Shown here: piece by piece, positions 62,986 to 64,000 of the stretch
How positions within the stretch are numbered: the stretch's first letter is position 1
Layout: each line of letters begins with the position of its first letter
IMG/VR virus record: IMGVR_UViG_3300042455_000638
DNA from: a virus
DNA: 64,000 bases
Strand: one strand, 5' to 3'
Made by a program: the position numbers and the translations under genes
The notes under the pieces: generated by a model
What the model saw: the letters and a program-made list of their open reading frames with translations, nothing else
Told to the model about the DNA's origin: nothing
The model's database searches: none

Positions 62986-64000
62986 AGGTGGAGCCGCGTT
63001 GTTCCTCGACCCGGGTCTTGGTAAGACATCGTCCACGCTGGAGTGGATGATGCAGATGAAAGAGTTCGGCCTTGCCAATCGCTTTCTCATCGTGGCCCCG
63101 CTGCGTGTATGTTGGCAGGTGTGGCCGCAGGAGATCACAGGCTGGACTAACTTCAGGTCACTATCCTACTCGGTGGTACATGGCAGTGCCTCGGTACGCA
63201 GGAAGCGGCTGGCCACACAGGTCAACGTCCACATCATCAACCGAGACGGTATCGGCTGGCTGGCTAACCAGCTCAAGGGTAGAGACAGGTTACCTTGGCA
63301 GGCTATCATCGTCGACGAGTCCACGTCCTTCAAGAACTGGTCCGCGAAGAGATCACAGGCTGTACGTGACCTCGCCAAGCGTATCCCGTACCGTGTGATC
63401 CTGACAGGTACACCAGCACCGAGAAACCTGGCAGACCTGTACCCACAGTGCTGGGTTCTGGACCAAGGTAAAGCCCTCGGCAAGAACGTCACCGCTTTCC
63501 GGTCGGAGTACTGCTTTCAGGCCGGGTCTCGGGAGATGAACAACTTCCAGGTACGTGATGACAAGCACACCGCGATTCATGACGCAGTGAAGCACCTGGT
63601 CCTGCGGCTTGACGCGGCGGACCACCTATCCATGCCACCCATCACATACCATGACGTGCCGGTAGAACTACCACCAGACGCACGGGCTGCATACGACGAC
63701 ATGGAGCGGCAGATGTTTATCGAGCTGCAGGATGGCTCACAACGCGGTGCTGTGAACGCCGGGGCAAAGTACAATGCGTGCCGACAGATCGCGGCAGGCG
63801 GCATCTACGGGCACGACAGGACGGTTCACCACCTACACAGTGCGATGACCGATGCGTATGCTGACTTGGTTGACGAGCTTGGAGGCAAGCCAGTCTTCGC
63901 AGCTTACCAGTTTGACCACGACGTACAGCGGATGGAGAAGGCAGTCAAGGGCCTTCACATCATCCGGGGAGGGGTCAAGGAAGCTCATGTCTCCGACCTG
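62876..64000 (+). CDS. SNF2-family helicase (N-terminal part; gene truncated by window end)
   Basis: Motif I LFLDPGLGKTSST. Motif II IIVDESTSF. Motif III LTGTPAPRNLADLY. Open frame to 64000 without stop. AAGGG RBS. Confidence 0.65.
   Translation, partial: MKLGADKEAPKLWVPHKYQQTAVQFLHERTSLNPDGEGGAALFLDPGLGKTSSTLEWMMQMKEFGLANRFLIVAPLRVCWQVWPQEITGWTNFRSLSYSVVHGSASVRRKRLATQVNVHIINRDGIGWLANQLKGRDRLPWQAIIVDESTSFKNWSAKRSQAVRDLAKRIPYRVILTGTPAPRNLADLYPQCWVLDQGKALGKNVTAFRSEYCFQAGSREMNNFQVRDDKHTAIHDAVKHLVLRLDAADHLSMPPITYHDVPVELPPDARAAYDDMERQMFIELQDGSQRGAVNAGAKYNACRQIAAGGIYGHDRTVHHLHSAMTDAYADLVDELGGKPVFAAYQFDHDVQRMEKAVKGLHIIRGGVKEAHVSDL

Overview
This 64-kb window reads as part of a tailed dsDNA phage or prophage genome (about 55-58% GC, AGGAGG-type ribosome-binding sites, genes often coupled by ATGA overlaps).

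Left arm (1-8100, minus strand): about 22 small leftward genes, many encoding very acidic or Cys-rich proteins. They are separated by a recurring composite intergenic element: a GGGCCACCGCAGTGGCCC-type hairpin, a 35-bp conserved box ending in ...GGGGTCAACTGTACTTA, and a GAGAACACGATCG box.

Two short rightward genes (8326-9678) are followed by a non-coding iteron region (9680-10390). An HNH endonuclease follows, ending in a bidirectional terminator at about 10700.

Second leftward block (11001-17512) includes a phage-encoded ECF-like sigma factor, a 5'(3')-deoxyribonucleotidase-like HAD hydrolase, an SPFH/band-7 protein, a calcineurin-like metallophosphoesterase and two nucleotide pyrophosphohydrolases (a DUF5664-like dATP/dGTP one and a MazG-like one).

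A 680-bp divergent control region (17520-18198) is dense in palindromes, carries a consensus sigma70-like promoter (TTGACA-17-TACTAT) and has three GGTTTAACC sites.

Rightward block from 18199, in order:
- a PrimPol/P-loop replication protein and small genes;
- a minimal C5-methyltransferase-like protein;
- a serine recombinase with two complete catalytic domains in tandem;
- a divergent HTH gene;
- a scaffold-like plus capsid-like cassette with its own terminators;
- a zinc-ribbon TerS candidate, the large terminase and the portal;
- about 12 structural genes, including an FGE-sulfatase-domain protein, a 51-aa signal-peptide ORF and a glycosyltransferase-like protein;
- a Gly/Pro/Gln-rich 731-aa protein and a 1623-aa giant virion protein;
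- a lysis cassette built around a papain-like (C1) cysteine peptidase;
- a tail fibre with an internal tandem duplication;
- a replication/recombination module: Cas4-like DUF2800 nuclease, DUF2815 SSB-like protein, family A DNA polymerase, VRR-NUC and an SNF2 helicase truncated at the window end.

No tRNA, rRNA or CRISPR array was found. All functional calls rest on motifs read by eye.
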